DNA of 64,000 nucleotides, from NCBI GenBank assembly GCA_963755915.1, contig CAVWLP010000002.1, positions 2,656,001 to 2,720,000 of the forward strand, written 5' to 3'. Below the pieces are notes generated by a model. The model had not been told where the DNA came from and did no database searches. It saw nothing but the letters and a program-made list of their open reading frames with translations. A program made the position numbers and the translations under genes. Source of the DNA: an uncultured Phycisphaerales bacterium (lineage in GTDB: Bacteria; Planctomycetota; Phycisphaerae; Tepidisphaerales; Tepidisphaeraceae). The number at the start of each line of letters is the position of its first letter. The first letter of the stretch is position 1. Below, in pieces: positions 53,143-63,955 of this stretch.

Positions 53143-54665
53143 CAATATTGTCCGGGACTTCCGCGTCTTAAAGCTGGGATTTTTCGGGTTTTCACTCGAA
53201 AGGCTGCGTTGCCTCGATGGGCAACGGCGTGGAAGGTTCAGCGCTGCTCCTGCAGCGCATGCCGCGGCGTTCACCGGCGGCCGGACAACAAAAACCCCCG
53301 GTGACTTACTTGACGATTTTTTCAGCCTTCTTCCGTGCCACACGCTGACGCTGCAGCTCGCATTCCCGTTCTCGGCGCTGCAGGATGGGAATAATCTCTT
53401 GCAACGTGGCCCCTCCCGCGGCGACCAGGCTCAGCATCGCGTAGGCATATTTGCTCACCGGACGCTGCGTGTGCAGATAGATCAACAGCACCCCGATGAC
53501 CGCGATGTAGAACCCGGTGGTGACGCCGTTTTTGCTGTGGCTGGTGAGATGGCGGAAGTGGGCGTGCACTTTCAGCCAGCGGAAAAACAGCTCGATCTTC
53601 CATCGCCAGCGGTAGAGCAGACCGATGACATGGGCGGGAATGTTAAGAAGATTGGTCAGCAGCCGCAGGGGCCTGTCGGGTTTGTCCGGGTCGAAGATCG
53701 TCACTTCCCGAAGCCATTTTCCCGCCGGAGGAGCAAAGCGTGGCCCTTCTGAGCCCAGGTATCCGATCCGGTCGCTGAGAATGCCGGCAGCGCGGTCTTC
53801 ATCGCTCAGCGGCAGGGACTTGGGGGTCAAGTCATTGTTTTCGATGGGAATGAAATAGTTGTTTGACTTGAGCCGGAGCACAAAATCGCTGCAGGCATGT
53901 ACGATCCGCTCCAGCAGCTCGAAACAGACGTAGCCGCGGTCCATGACGTAAATCTGTCCCGGCTCCAGGGACTGCATCAGCGCCTGCGCCTCGGAGCATC
54001 CCGCGCCGCTGATCGTCACTCCCTCGGGAACCCCCACGCCCGCCGCCCATTGAAGATTCAGGCGAATCGTGTCCATGGGCTTTCCGTTGGGTCGACTTTG
54101 ATGCAGCGCCCAGGCCACGTCGGCGGCAACGGTGAACAGCGACCCATCCACCACCCGTACCCGCTCGGTCAACTCCGCCAGCTTCGGATCGCCGTGACGC
54201 AGGTGCGGCAGCCGCGCCCGCAACTCCTCGATGATCGGCTCCAGCAGCGTCGGATCGAACAGGGCGTTGGCATCGGAAAGCGTGGAACGCGGCAGGCGAT
54301 CGACCGAAAGCTGCTCCTGCATCTGCTCGGTCTGGCTGAAATCCTCCATCGTCCGCAGGCTGCGAATCGCCGGCGTGAAAAACGCCAGCAGATAGGCAAG
54401 GGTCACATCGTCATAAAAAAGCGTGCGATTGGGGTGGGGATGCGCCGCCCGCAGGCGGGCCAGATGATCCTGCAAAATACCGACGTACTTGCCGCCGAAC
54501 AAATCCTCCCCCCGCACCGCCGGCCGCGGCTTTCGTCCCGGCTTGGCGGGCAATCCAGAAGCTGGGCAAAGGTCCGCGTGCACGTGGCGGCAGTGAACCA
54601 CAAAACGCTGCTTCGCGCAAGCGCAAGATTGTGTTATTTGTGAGCCTGCGTTCCGGACACTATTG
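53143..54665 (-). mobile_element. IS4-family insertion sequence (inner element)
   Basis: Terminal IRs CAATATTGTCCGGGAC / CAATAGTGTCCGGAAC (reverse complement), with CG on both flanks. Confidence 0.85.
53306..54553 (-). CDS. IS4-family DDE transposase
   Basis: STLSDAN, VVDGS, YVMDRGY, YRWRWKIELFFRWLK (YREK signature); start approximate. Confidence 0.92.
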   Translation of the reverse strand: MPAKPGRKPRPAVRGEDLFGGKYVGILQDHLARLRAAHPHPNRTLFYDDVTLAYLLAFFTPAIRSLRTMEDFSQTEQMQEQLSVDRLPRSTLSDANALFDPTLLEPIIEELRARLPHLRHGDPKLAELTERVRVVDGSLFTVAADVAWALHQSRPNGKPMDTIRLNLQWAAGVGVPEGVTISGAGCSEAQALMQSLEPGQIYVMDRGYVCFELLERIVHACSDFVLRLKSNNYFIPIENNDLTPKSLPLSDEDRAAGILSDRIGYLGSEGPRFAPPAGKWLREVTIFDPDKPDRPLRLLTNLLNIPAHVIGLLYRWRWKIELFFRWLKVHAHFRHLTSHSKNGVTTGFYIAVIGVLLIYLHTQRPVSKYAYAMLSLVAAGGATLQEIIPILQRRERECELQRQRVARKKAEKIVK

Positions 54666-55929
54666 CGCTGGACGTCCTGAACATCGGCAAAGCCCAGCAG
54701 ATACCACATGATCCGTTCCATGACGGCCCTGGCCGGCTTCAACCCGGTGGTCAGATTCAGCAGCATGCACACGATCACCGCGCAGTAGATCTGGATCTCC
54801 ACGCCGGTCTTGCGCTGGCTCAGTAAATGGCGGCACCCCAGCAGTTGTTTCATGAATTTGAAAAAGGTCTCGATGGTCCAGCGGTAGCGATACAAGATCG
54901 AGATCAGCTCCGGCGCCAGTACCAGGTCCGGACACAGGAACCTCATCTGTCCGCTGCTGGGGACGTAACCTTTGCGGGTGCGTTTGGCATGAACCTCGGC
55001 CTTCACGACCACCAGCCGCGTCGGGTGATCCAGGCCTTCCAACCGCACCACCGCGTCGCGGATCACGCCCTCCTCAATCGCCTGGGCACTGAGCTTGCGT
55101 TCCTCGACCACTTGGTACTTCAGGTCGTCGATGGCGCGAAAGACATAAAGGCTGTGGGCCTGGACGATGCGGTTTATCAGCGGCTTGTCGAAGTAGCCAC
55201 GGTCGGCGACGTAGAGCCGGCCCGGCTCCAGCATCGCCTCCAGCACGCGTCGTTCGTTGTTCGAGCCGCGCGGGCTTCCACCGGTCAGACGCACCCGTTG
55301 CGGAACCATCGTGTCCAGGTCCAGCAGGGTGTGAATGCGCCAGGCGTGATAAGCCCCGGCGTCGGGCGCTTCTTGCCCGGTACAGCGGGCTGGGGTGAGA
55401 CAACGCCGTTTGGCGTTGTAGAGCGTCTCGATGAGCCTGGGCAATGCCTTGATCAGCGTCCCGTCCACGAGCGTGATGGCGTGGTGGATATCGGCCAGTC
55501 GCGGATCGCGAGGCAACCGGTGTAAATCGCCGGTCAGCTCTTCAATCACCCGGATCAACTCCCGCGGCTGGAAGACCACGGGCGCCTTGAGAAACTGGCT
55601 TTGGAAAAATCCTTGATGCCCAGTTGTTTGGCCAGTCGCGGCAGTTCCATGGCGCGCTGCAGGCCGCTGATCGATTCGATCATCGGCGTGATGAGGTAGA
55701 CTAGAACGAGCTTGACGTAGTCGTCGAAGAAGAGTTGTCGATTGCCGGCCGTGTCGCGCTCGGTTCCAACCTCATGGAGCCGATCCAGCAGCGGCAACAC
55801 GCGAGTGAGCAGCCCAAACGGAACATCCTTGATCTGAAGTTCCAGCACCAACCCCTATGCTGACATACCATAGCGCGTCGCGCAAGCGCAAGAATCGGCA
55901 ACAAGCGAATCGTGTACCGAACGGCAATG
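54666..55929 (-). mobile_element. Second IS4-family element; transposase (~54666-55851, frameshift near 55580) interrupted at its 3' end by the inner IS
   Basis: LVDGT, YVADRGY, YRYRWTIETFFKFMK; candidate end CATTGCCGTTCGGTAC at 55929 on the minus strand. Confidence 0.8.
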
Positions 55930-56078
55930 ACATTATGTAACATCGCCCCCAAGAACCCGTAAAACCCCATCGCTGCCTTTTGAATGCGGTCTACCGGTTA
56001 TCGGACGCTTCAGCCTTCCGCGGCGCACGAATTAGGCCGATAAAGTCGGGTCCAAATATCGTCGATAGTTCTAATAGT

Positions 56079-56198
56079 ATGATTGCTGTTTATGGCGAAG
56101 TTCTTGCGGGGTTTAAGACGGTAGTGCATCTGGTCGCGGCGCTGGCGATCATGTGGTTTTTCTACCGCGTGGCGAACGGGCAGCTTTCCTTCCTGTAA
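56079..56198 (+). CDS. Possible small membrane peptide
   Basis: MIAVYGEVLAGFKTVVHLVAALAIMWFFYRVANGQLSFL; single hydrophobic helix only. Confidence 0.3.
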   Translation: MIAVYGEVLAGFKTVVHLVAALAIMWFFYRVANGQLSFL

Positions 56199-56210
56199 AA
56201 GATAAAGAGA

Positions 56211-56320
56211 TCTCACGCAGTGGCGCGGAGATCAGAGTTTAAAATCCATCCTGAAATTTAAAAATGGGGTTTTGGGCGTGGGCCTGTGCAACTCCGCGCC
56301 TTTGCGCCTCTGCGTGAGAT
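56211..56320. repeat. Palindromic repeat of the CTCACGCAG family
   Basis: TCTCACGCAGTGGCGCGGAG ... CTCCGCGCCTTTGCGCCTCTGCGTGAGA. Confidence 0.7.
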
Positions 56321-56326
56321 CATCTT

Positions 56327-56617
56327 CTATTGATTGCGGGCCATCAGGGCGACGATCAGGAGGGTGACGATCGTGAAGACAAACCTCGCGGCCAAGGGGC
56401 GGCGGCCGGCGAGGAAATAGCCGAGGCGGGCGAGGGGCGTGCCGAAGAGGTAGATGAGGACCATGGAGGCGAGGAGGCTGCCGCAGACGCCGAGGGAGTG
56501 GGCGGCCGAGTCGTGGCGGAGGGTGGTCCAGGTGAGGCTGGAGAGGAGGGCGACGGTGAAAACACGGCCGTCGTCGGTGACTGAATATTTTGCCGCGGGT
56601 CTGGCGTCGAGAATCAT
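56327..56617 (-). CDS. Small hydrophobic hypothetical protein
   Basis: 96 aa, about 3 TM segments. Confidence 0.5.
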   Translation of the reverse strand: MILDARPAAKYSVTDDGRVFTVALLSSLTWTTLRHDSAAHSLGVCGSLLASMVLIYLFGTPLARLGYFLAGRRPLAARFVFTIVTLLIVALMARNQ

Positions 56618-56761
56618 TGCGGTACTCCGTTAAAAAGAGACTCCAATAAAAACGGTTTCGGCAGAATTGATGGGTAAGTTCAACGAAATCGGCGGTTTTT
56701 GGTATGTTTTGCTTAAGCGGGTGGTTTCGCGCGGGGGCGGGAAGCCGCTAGAGTAGGGGGC

Positions 56762-58123
56762 ATGATCCCACGCAAATGGCGGACAGGGGTTGGACTCATC
56801 GGGATTCTGATATTGCAGGCTTGTGCGACGACATCGTCGCCGCCGCAGATGGCGGTTGCGCCGGTGGCGGTGGATCCGGCGGATCTGATTCATGTGGCGC
56901 TGCCGGTGATTCCGGATCGGCAGTTCAATCTTGTGCAATTCGGGGGCGTGGGGGATGGGAAGACGATGAATACCGATGCGTTTGTGCGCGCGGTGGGAGC
57001 GATCAAGGCGGCGGGCGGGGGGCATCTGGAAGTTCCGCCGGGGGTTTTTATGGCGTTGTCGTTTGGATTCGCGAGTCATATGGATTTGCACCTGGATGCG
57101 GGGGCGACGATCAAGACGCCGGATTCTTTGACGGCGTGGGGTCTACCCGATCCGGCGAAGGCGTCGCAGGAGGATGTGGATGCGTTTACGCAGGGGAATG
57201 TGATATATGGAACTAATCTGACAGATATTGCGATCACCGGGAGCGGGACGATCGATGGATCGGGGCAGCTCTTCTGGATCTGGTCGGACAAGGCGGCGCG
57301 AAGATATCCGCCGGGGCGGCTGATTTATCCTCGTCCGCGGTTGGTATCGTTTCGATCGTGCCAGCGCGTGCATGTGGAAGGCGTGACGCTGACGGATTCG
57401 CCGATGTATCACCTGGTCATTGGCGGAAAATCCGAGGATATTTTAGTCGAGAATATTCGCGTTTTTGCCCCGAGCGATGCGCCGAATACGGATGCGATCG
57501 ATCCGAATGGGACGCGGATCATTATCCGCAACTGCGAGATCGATACGGGGGACGATCATGTGGCGGTATCCGGAGGGTCTAAGGATGTGGTCATTGAGGA
57601 TCTGACGTGTTTGCATGGGCATGGGATTTCGATTGGGAGCGGGACGACGGGGGGCGTGAGCCATATGTTCGTGCGGAGGTGTACGTTTGATGGGTCGGAG
57701 AATGGGCTGCGGATTAAGTCGTTTCGCGGGAGGGGGGGCGAGGTGCATGATATTCATTACAGCGATATCACGATGAAGAATGTGGCGCGGCCGTTTGATA
57801 TCAACATGCTGTACAACGGGAACGCGAATGCGCCGACAGATATTGGGCCTAGATATTTCAAGGGGCAGGCAAGGAATGTGCCGTATTTTCATGACATTGA
57901 TGTGACGAATCTGACGGTGACGCGGTCGCCGGTGGCGGGGAGGATTCTGGGGGTGCTGGAGCAGCCGGCGAGGGATATCACGTTTACGAATGTTTCGATC
58001 CAGGCGGATCGGGGGTTTGTGGTGCAGGATGCGAAGGATGTGAGGTTTGTGAATGTGAGGCTGGATGTGGCGGTGGGGCCGCCGGTGAGCATGGATAATG
58101 CGGAGGTGATTTGGGAGAAGTGA
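56762..58123 (+). CDS. Glycoside hydrolase family 28 (polygalacturonase-like) lipoprotein
   Basis: LQAC lipobox; NTD, GDD, GHG, RIK catalytic motifs. Confidence 0.92.
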   Translation: MIPRKWRTGVGLIGILILQACATTSSPPQMAVAPVAVDPADLIHVALPVIPDRQFNLVQFGGVGDGKTMNTDAFVRAVGAIKAAGGGHLEVPPGVFMALSFGFASHMDLHLDAGATIKTPDSLTAWGLPDPAKASQEDVDAFTQGNVIYGTNLTDIAITGSGTIDGSGQLFWIWSDKAARRYPPGRLIYPRPRLVSFRSCQRVHVEGVTLTDSPMYHLVIGGKSEDILVENIRVFAPSDAPNTDAIDPNGTRIIIRNCEIDTGDDHVAVSGGSKDVVIEDLTCLHGHGISIGSGTTGGVSHMFVRRCTFDGSENGLRIKSFRGRGGEVHDIHYSDITMKNVARPFDINMLYNGNANAPTDIGPRYFKGQARNVPYFHDIDVTNLTVTRSPVAGRILGVLEQPARDITFTNVSIQADRGFVVQDAKDVRFVNVRLDVAVGPPVSMDNAEVIWEK

Positions 58124-58145
58124 CCCGAGCGAATTCGACCGGCGG

Positions 58146-58271
58146 AAATTCGAAATTCGAATGACGAATCAAATTCGAAATTCGAATGTTCGAAACGGTG
58201 GTCGGACGCATTTGTTTCGAATTTTGGTCATTCGAGTTTGATTCGTCATTCGAGTTTCGAATTTCGAATTT
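58146..58271. repeat. Inverted heptamer (AATTCGA/TTCGAAT) array between convergent genes
   Basis: AAATTCGAAATTCGAATGACGAATCAAA ... TTTGATTCGTCATTCGAGTTTCGAATTTCGAATTT. Confidence 0.8.
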
Positions 58272-59837
58272 CTACTTGCACTGTACCTGCGGCGTCTCGC
58301 TAGACCAGAAGTCCTCGCACCAGTACGGTTGGCTGCGAAACTGATCGTGTTCCTGGGGGCCGTAGGCGGTGGAGTCGTCGGGGGCGAGGGCGAAGGCTTT
58401 TAACATTATTTGGCCGCGGATTTCTTTGGGGATGACGTCGATGGCGGGGATGATGTTGTCCCAGCGTCCGAAGGTTCGGTCGAGGGGCGCCTGGGGCTCG
58501 GCGAGGAAATCGTCGAGCCAGACGAGGAGGGAGCCGCGCGGGGGGATGTCGTAGCCACGGCGGCGTTCGAGGAGCTCGGCGGTGGGGTTTAGCATGAGGC
58601 TGTAGAAATTCGTTTCTTTGTGCTGCTGGAGGTAGGGGACGACGGAACGGCTGAAATCGCGGACGGAGCAGGCGGCGCCCATGTAGACGATGTTGGAATA
58701 ATACTGGTCGGCACTTGCGAGGATGTCGCGGCGGAGCCATTCGTTGAGGACCATGGTGCCCATGCTGTGACCGACAAGGATGATGTCGTAGCCGTTGGCA
58801 TTTGCCTCGGCCTGGAGGCGTTGTCGGAAGACGTCGACGGCGCCGGTGGTGTCAAAGGAGGGGGCCGTGGTGGCGCGCGTGGCGCGGGCGCCGACGGATT
58901 GGAGGTCGAAGGGGCTGAGGTCGGCGGGGTTTCCACCGAGGGCGCCGTCGAAGCAGAGCTGGGTTCGGCGCGACATGACCTGCCAGGCGGGGAAGCCGAG
59001 CCAGTCGATGATGGGTTGGGAGATGATTTTGGTGGGGAGGGTGAGGATGTAGAGCGCGCCGATTTCGGTCATGTGACCGGCGTCGACGTCGAGATCGGGG
59101 CCGATGTAGATGCGGAGGTGGTGGCGTTTGTTGTCCTTCATATCCTCCGTTTTCTGTTCGGTGTGGAGTTGCTGGTAGAGCTGAGCGAGGGCTTTGCCGT
59201 GAGGGGTGGCGGCCCAGCGCTGGTCGGTTGCGGTTTCGGAAGTGTAGGAGGAGGCGAGTTCGTTTTTCTTCGAGAGGGCGTCAATGTCGGCGGAGGCGGC
59301 CTGGAGGTCGCTGGCGAATTCGTTGAGATAGACGATGGGCATTCGGGTGGCGGCGCGGCCGATGTCTGCCAGGACGTAGGCGGGGGTGAAGAGCCAGCGG
59401 ATGATGGTGTTGTCGGTGCGGCCCTGGGTGAGGGAGATGCAGTGCTCGCCGTAGGTGTTCAAAAGGTCGGAGTTCCAGTCAATGTAAATGGGGTAGTAGC
59501 CGGCGGCGATGACGTTTTTCATTTCCAGGTCGGCGGCGGCGAGGGAGTCATCGGGGGAGTTGAGACCGCCGTGGATGAAAATGAGGATGGTTTTTTTGCC
59601 GGGCTTGCCTTTAAAGAAGGTGGAGGCGTCGGCAAAGATATCGTCGAGGCGGGTGCGGTATTGGGGCATCGTGAAGGGGTCGGCGCTTGGGGAGAAGGGG
59701 TCGTGGGGGAGGCCTTTGCCGTCGACGACCAGGACGTGGGCGCGGATTTGGTCGGGGGTATTTTGCAGGGGGGCGGCGCAGGCTGCGAGAAGGGCGACAG
59801 CGCTTATAACGATAAGACGGGAAAGGAATTGGAGCAC
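58272..59837 (-). CDS. Alpha/beta-hydrolase-fold lipoprotein
   Basis: LLAAC lipobox; FIHGGLN, VGHSMG nucleophile elbow, YMGAA, late His. Confidence 0.75.
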   Translation of the reverse strand: MLQFLSRLIVISAVALLAACAAPLQNTPDQIRAHVLVVDGKGLPHDPFSPSADPFTMPQYRTRLDDIFADASTFFKGKPGKKTILIFIHGGLNSPDDSLAAADLEMKNVIAAGYYPIYIDWNSDLLNTYGEHCISLTQGRTDNTIIRWLFTPAYVLADIGRAATRMPIVYLNEFASDLQAASADIDALSKKNELASSYTSETATDQRWAATPHGKALAQLYQQLHTEQKTEDMKDNKRHHLRIYIGPDLDVDAGHMTEIGALYILTLPTKIISQPIIDWLGFPAWQVMSRRTQLCFDGALGGNPADLSPFDLQSVGARATRATTAPSFDTTGAVDVFRQRLQAEANANGYDIILVGHSMGTMVLNEWLRRDILASADQYYSNIVYMGAACSVRDFSRSVVPYLQQHKETNFYSLMLNPTAELLERRRGYDIPPRGSLLVWLDDFLAEPQAPLDRTFGRWDNIIPAIDVIPKEIRGQIMLKAFALAPDDSTAYGPQEHDQFRSQPYWCEDFWSSETPQVQCK

Positions 59838-59946
59838 GTGGGAGATTATCGCATTGGCGCGGCGTGCTGCAAAAAACTGCTATTGTTTACGACAGTTTCA
59901 CAACACCATGTCCCGACTTGTGCTTCGAGCGGCCGGTTACAATTGA

Positions 59947-61919
59947 ATGGCGATGTTGGACAGCGAGCTGCTGGAGAAGTTTCTGGGTGCGGGGGACCAG
60001 GAGGCGTTTGCCGACCTGGTGGGGCGGTATATGGATGCGGTTTACTCCGCGGCGCGGCGGCAGGTGAAGGATCCGCAGATGGCGGAGGATGTTGCGCAGG
60101 CGGTATTCATCATATTGGCGCGGAAGGCGGGAAAGCTTCGGCGGCGGACCTCGCTCGCCGGATGGGTGATCGAGACGACTTATCTGGCGGGCCGGGATGC
60201 AATGCGTGCGGAGAGCCGCCGACGAAGGCATGAAGAGGCGCGGCGATGCAATCGAAGTTTTATCGGGAGAAGGATATGCCGGCATCATCCGGGGAGATTT
60301 CGGCGCAGGTGGATGCGGGATTGGCGAAGCTGAGCGAGGCCGACCGCGGGGTGCTGGTTTTGCGGTATCTGCAGGGGCAGAGTGTGACCGAGGCGGCGGC
60401 GGCGCTGGAAATTTCTGAGACGGCGGTGGCCAAGCGGATTACGCGGGCGCTGGATCGATTGCGGAGAGTTCTGGCGGCGAATGGGGCGATCACGCCGGGG
60501 CTTTCCGTGGGCGTGATGCTGGAGCAGTTGCCTCGGACGGCGGCGCCAGCGACGCTCGCGAAAACGGCCGCGACGGCGGCCACGTTGGGGGGCAACACGG
60601 CGGGCGTGGCGATTGCGAATGGTGTGATTCATCACATGATTTGGGGGAAGGTGGCAGCGGTTTTGGCGATTCTGATCGGCATCGGCGGGATTGCTGCGGC
60701 CGGCGGCGTGGGGATGAAGCTGTTGGCGGATGGTTCGGATGTGGCTGCGCCGGTGACGCCGGTGGCAACGGATACTTCGAGCGTTGCAAATGCCACGACG
60801 GGTCGGCTTGCCGATGGGGTTTCGGTTTCGATTCTTGGAATTCATGTCCGGATCTATTCGCCGACCGGATGGTGGGCGGCGAATGGCGATCCTCTGGCGC
60901 TGGCCCCGTGCACGGGAATGCAAGAGAGGCCGTTCGACTCGCGGGGGCATCTCTTGCGGACAATGGTACTAGAAATAGATGGCCGGGTGCAGGGTTCTAC
61001 CGATCCGGCGACGGTCGTTTGGAGCATGCAAAACTCCTGGGGTTGGAACCAGTGGCGTATCGAAGGAGCAAATTCGCCAGATGCAGAGGGCGCGGTGGTA
61101 TCAGTCGACGACAAGCCGCCGGGGGTGATTTTGCACGCCCGCGTGGCTGCGGGGCGATGGATGACGATTGGCACGTGGAGGGCCGATGGCTCTAGAGACA
61201 CGCCGCAGGGAAAGATCAGCGTCGTCATGGGCGAGCCGTATGCGGTCGCTGGCAATGCGCACGTTGAAGTTGCCTACGTTGATCCCACCAGCAGAGACGA
61301 CTTTCGCTTGGTTGCGTTTGATTCGCAGGGCCGGGAGATTGTTTTGCCGGGGAATTCCTTTGTCGGGTGGACTGGCGCGGATAGCGGTGGGTATGTCGCG
61401 GATTATTCAGGGCCAATCGCGCCGCCCGGGATCGGACGGTTGGAATTTCAGATGCGGCCGTTTAACGAATTCATTGAGATTCAGAATATTTCGATGCATT
61501 TGAGTCAGGGGACTCATCCGGTGATCAAGACGAGCGACGGAGCTGCGGCTGCACAGGAGCGTCCGGTTCCAGTTGCACAAGCGGCAACCGACGCGACACC
61601 GCCTGCCAAAGTCGCCAGCGGACCATGGAAAACGCTCGTTATGATTGTTGGCAATGGGCGTGACAGTGAGTGGACAGGCAAGCTGGATGTTTGCTGGGGA
61701 GCTTCCTACGCAGTTGCGGGCGAAACACGGAAGATCGTGATGTGGAACGGCGTTGCGAATTCTGAATTCCAACTGGTGGCGGTTGGGGCTGGAGGGCAAC
61801 GAGAGGTGGCAGTGTTACGGCAGGCGACCGACCTGTTTAGCACGCGACTCGCGCAGTATTCAGTCCAAATGCGCTTGAGATCGATCGCGCGGTGGCAAGT
61901 TCAATCCCGACCATACTGA
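59947..61919 (+). CDS. ECF sigma-70 factor with TM and C-terminal extension, paralog of 1388-2991 (frameshift near 60245)
   Basis: AEDVAQAVFIILARKA, LSEADRGVLVLRYLQG, TM, GRLADGVSVSILG..WWAANGDPL. Confidence 0.9.
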
Positions 61920-62063
61920 ACGCCGCCGTTAACAAAATTCTAACTCGCAATTCATTTCGCATCCGCGCTTTCTATTTCATTTTTGGGTGCCTAAGGTTGG
62001 CGCATTGGGACCCGTGTCGGAAGTCGGGGGGAAAGTCGATGGGGAACAGGAAGGACGTGGATC

Positions 62064-62795
62064 GTGGAAAATCCGAACAAGGTTGCGTTCATCACGGGGG
62101 GAAATCGGGGTATCGGGCTGGAGACGGCGCGGGTTCTGGCGACGCTGGGGATTGACGTGGTGATCGGGTCGCGCGATGCGGAAAAGGGGGAAGCGGCGGC
62201 ATCGGCGCTTTTTTCGCAGAGATTGGCGGTGACGACGGTGCGATGCGATGTGACCAGCACGTCCGATCATCAGGCGGTTTTTCAGTATTTTCAGCGGAAA
62301 TATGGCGGGCTGGATATCCTGATCAACAACGCGGGCATAAGGATTCCTGAAAGCGACTCGACGGCGGAGGTGTCGATGTCGGCCCTGCATAAGACGTTTG
62401 AAACAAACTTTTTCTCGCAGGTGGCGCTGACGCAAAAGCTGCTGCCGCTGATTCGGCTTTCGCCAGCGGGGCGGATTGTGAATGTGTCGAGCATATTGGG
62501 GTCGCTGACGCTGCATTCGACGCCGGGGTCGCCGATTTACGATTCTAAGTCTTTTGCGTACGACGCTTCGAAGACGGCATTGAATGCCTTTACGGTACAC
62601 CTGGCGCACGAATTGCGGGACACATCGATCAAGGTGAATTCCGCGCATCCGGGGTGGGTGAAGACGGAGATGGGGGGCAAGAACGCCCCGATGGAGATCG
62701 TCGACGGCGCGAAGACATCCGTGCAACTGGCGATGCTTTCGGCCGACGGACCCACAGGGGGATATTTTTTTCTTGGCGAAAGACTTCCCTGGTAG
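62064..62795 (+). CDS. Short-chain dehydrogenase/reductase
   Basis: TGGNRGIG, NNAG, YDASK, HPGWVKTEMG. Confidence 0.93.
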   Translation: MENPNKVAFITGGNRGIGLETARVLATLGIDVVIGSRDAEKGEAAASALFSQRLAVTTVRCDVTSTSDHQAVFQYFQRKYGGLDILINNAGIRIPESDSTAEVSMSALHKTFETNFFSQVALTQKLLPLIRLSPAGRIVNVSSILGSLTLHSTPGSPIYDSKSFAYDASKTALNAFTVHLAHELRDTSIKVNSAHPGWVKTEMGGKNAPMEIVDGAKTSVQLAMLSADGPTGGYFFLGERLPW

Positions 62796-62834
62796 ATCAC
62801 ATTTTCATACTCCCTCTTGGGAAAGGAGACGGCT

Positions 62835-63674
62835 ATGCCTTACGTGACAGTCGGGAAAGACGGATCGCAGGACGTTCAGATTTATTACAAGGATTGGGGC
62901 AGCGGCCAGCCGGTGGTTTTCAGCCATGGGTGGCCTCTTTGTTCAGATGCGTTTGAAGACCAGATGTTTTTCCTGGCGTCGCGGGGATATCGGTGCGTTG
63001 CCGCCGACAGGCGCGGGCATGGGCGATCGAGCCAGCCGTGCTCGGGAAATGACATGAATACCTATGCCGACGATTTGGCGGCAGTGGTGGAAAAGCTCGA
63101 TTTGAAAGACGCGGTTCACGTGGGGCATTCGACCGGCGGGGGGGAAGTGGCGCGATATATTGGGCGGCATGGGACCAAACGGGTGGCGAAGGCGGTGCTT
63201 ATCGGGGCGGTTCCGCCGCTGATGCTCAAGACGCCGGCGAATCCGGGTGGGCTGCCAATCGATGCGTTCGATCAGATCCGCTCGGCGGTGCTGGCGGATC
63301 GGTCGCAGTTCTGGAAAGACCTGAGCATGCCGTTTTATGGATACAACCGGCCCGGGGCGAAGGTCTCGGAAGGCGTGCGCAATTCGTTCTGGCTTCAGGG
63401 AATGATGGCCGGGCTTCCCGCTTCTTACTTTTGTGTGAAGGCCTTCTCTGAGACGGATCAGACGGAGGACCTGAAAAAGTTTGACGTGCCGACGCTGATC
63501 CTGCACGGGGATGACGACCAGATCGTCCCGATTGCGGATGCGGCGATGCTTTCGTCCAAACTTGTGAAGGGAGCAAAGCTGAAGGTTTATCCCGGCGCGC
63601 CGCATGGGATGTGTACGACGCTGAAGAACCAGGTGAATGAGGATCTGCTGGCGTTTATTCAGCAGCGGGACTGA
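62835..63674 (+). CDS. Non-heme chloroperoxidase/arylesterase
   Basis: [28 protein letters not shown]. Confidence 0.9.
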   Translation: MPYVTVGKDGSQDVQIYYKDWGSGQPVVFSHGWPLCSDAFEDQMFFLASRGYRCVAADRRGHGRSSQPCSGNDMNTYADDLAAVVEKLDLKDAVHVGHSTGGGEVARYIGRHGTKRVAKAVLIGAVPPLMLKTPANPGGLPIDAFDQIRSAVLADRSQFWKDLSMPFYGYNRPGAKVSEGVRNSFWLQGMMAGLPASYFCVKAFSETDQTEDLKKFDVPTLILHGDDDQIVPIADAAMLSSKLVKGAKLKVYPGAPHGMCTTLKNQVNEDLLAFIQQRD

Positions 63675-63696
63675 TCCTGACCGCGAAAATGCGGAG

Positions 63697-63802
63697 CTCA
63701 CCGCGGAGCACGTAGAGAGCGCGGGGAAAGAGGGGAAGAGATTTGGATCAAAATCTATATCTCTGTTTCTGTCTCGGCGATCTCTGCGTTCTCGGCGGTG
63801 AA
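63697..63802. repeat. Inverted repeat CTCACCGCGGAG...CTCGGCGGTGA
   Basis: Degenerate member of the 27521/56211 family. Confidence 0.55.
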
Positions 63803-63914
63803 AAATTCCGTTTACGTTTTGCGGTCGGCCGTCGTATAACAGCGCCTTGAAAGGAGATCGATCATGCCGACGGGAGTATCACGAAGACAATAGGCATCGC
63901 AGCCCAATTAAGAC

Positions 63915-63955
63915 GCGCCCCGCAAGTCGCGCCCCGCAAGCGAGGCGGCTACACG
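63915..63955. repeat. REP-like GCGCCCCGCAAGCGAGGCGGCTACACG with partial tandem duplication
   Basis: Near identical to 22174-22200. Confidence 0.7.

Noticed and set aside
58146-58271. CRISPR array
   Set aside because: Short tandem heptamers in inverted arrangement with no unique spacers; no cas genes in the window.
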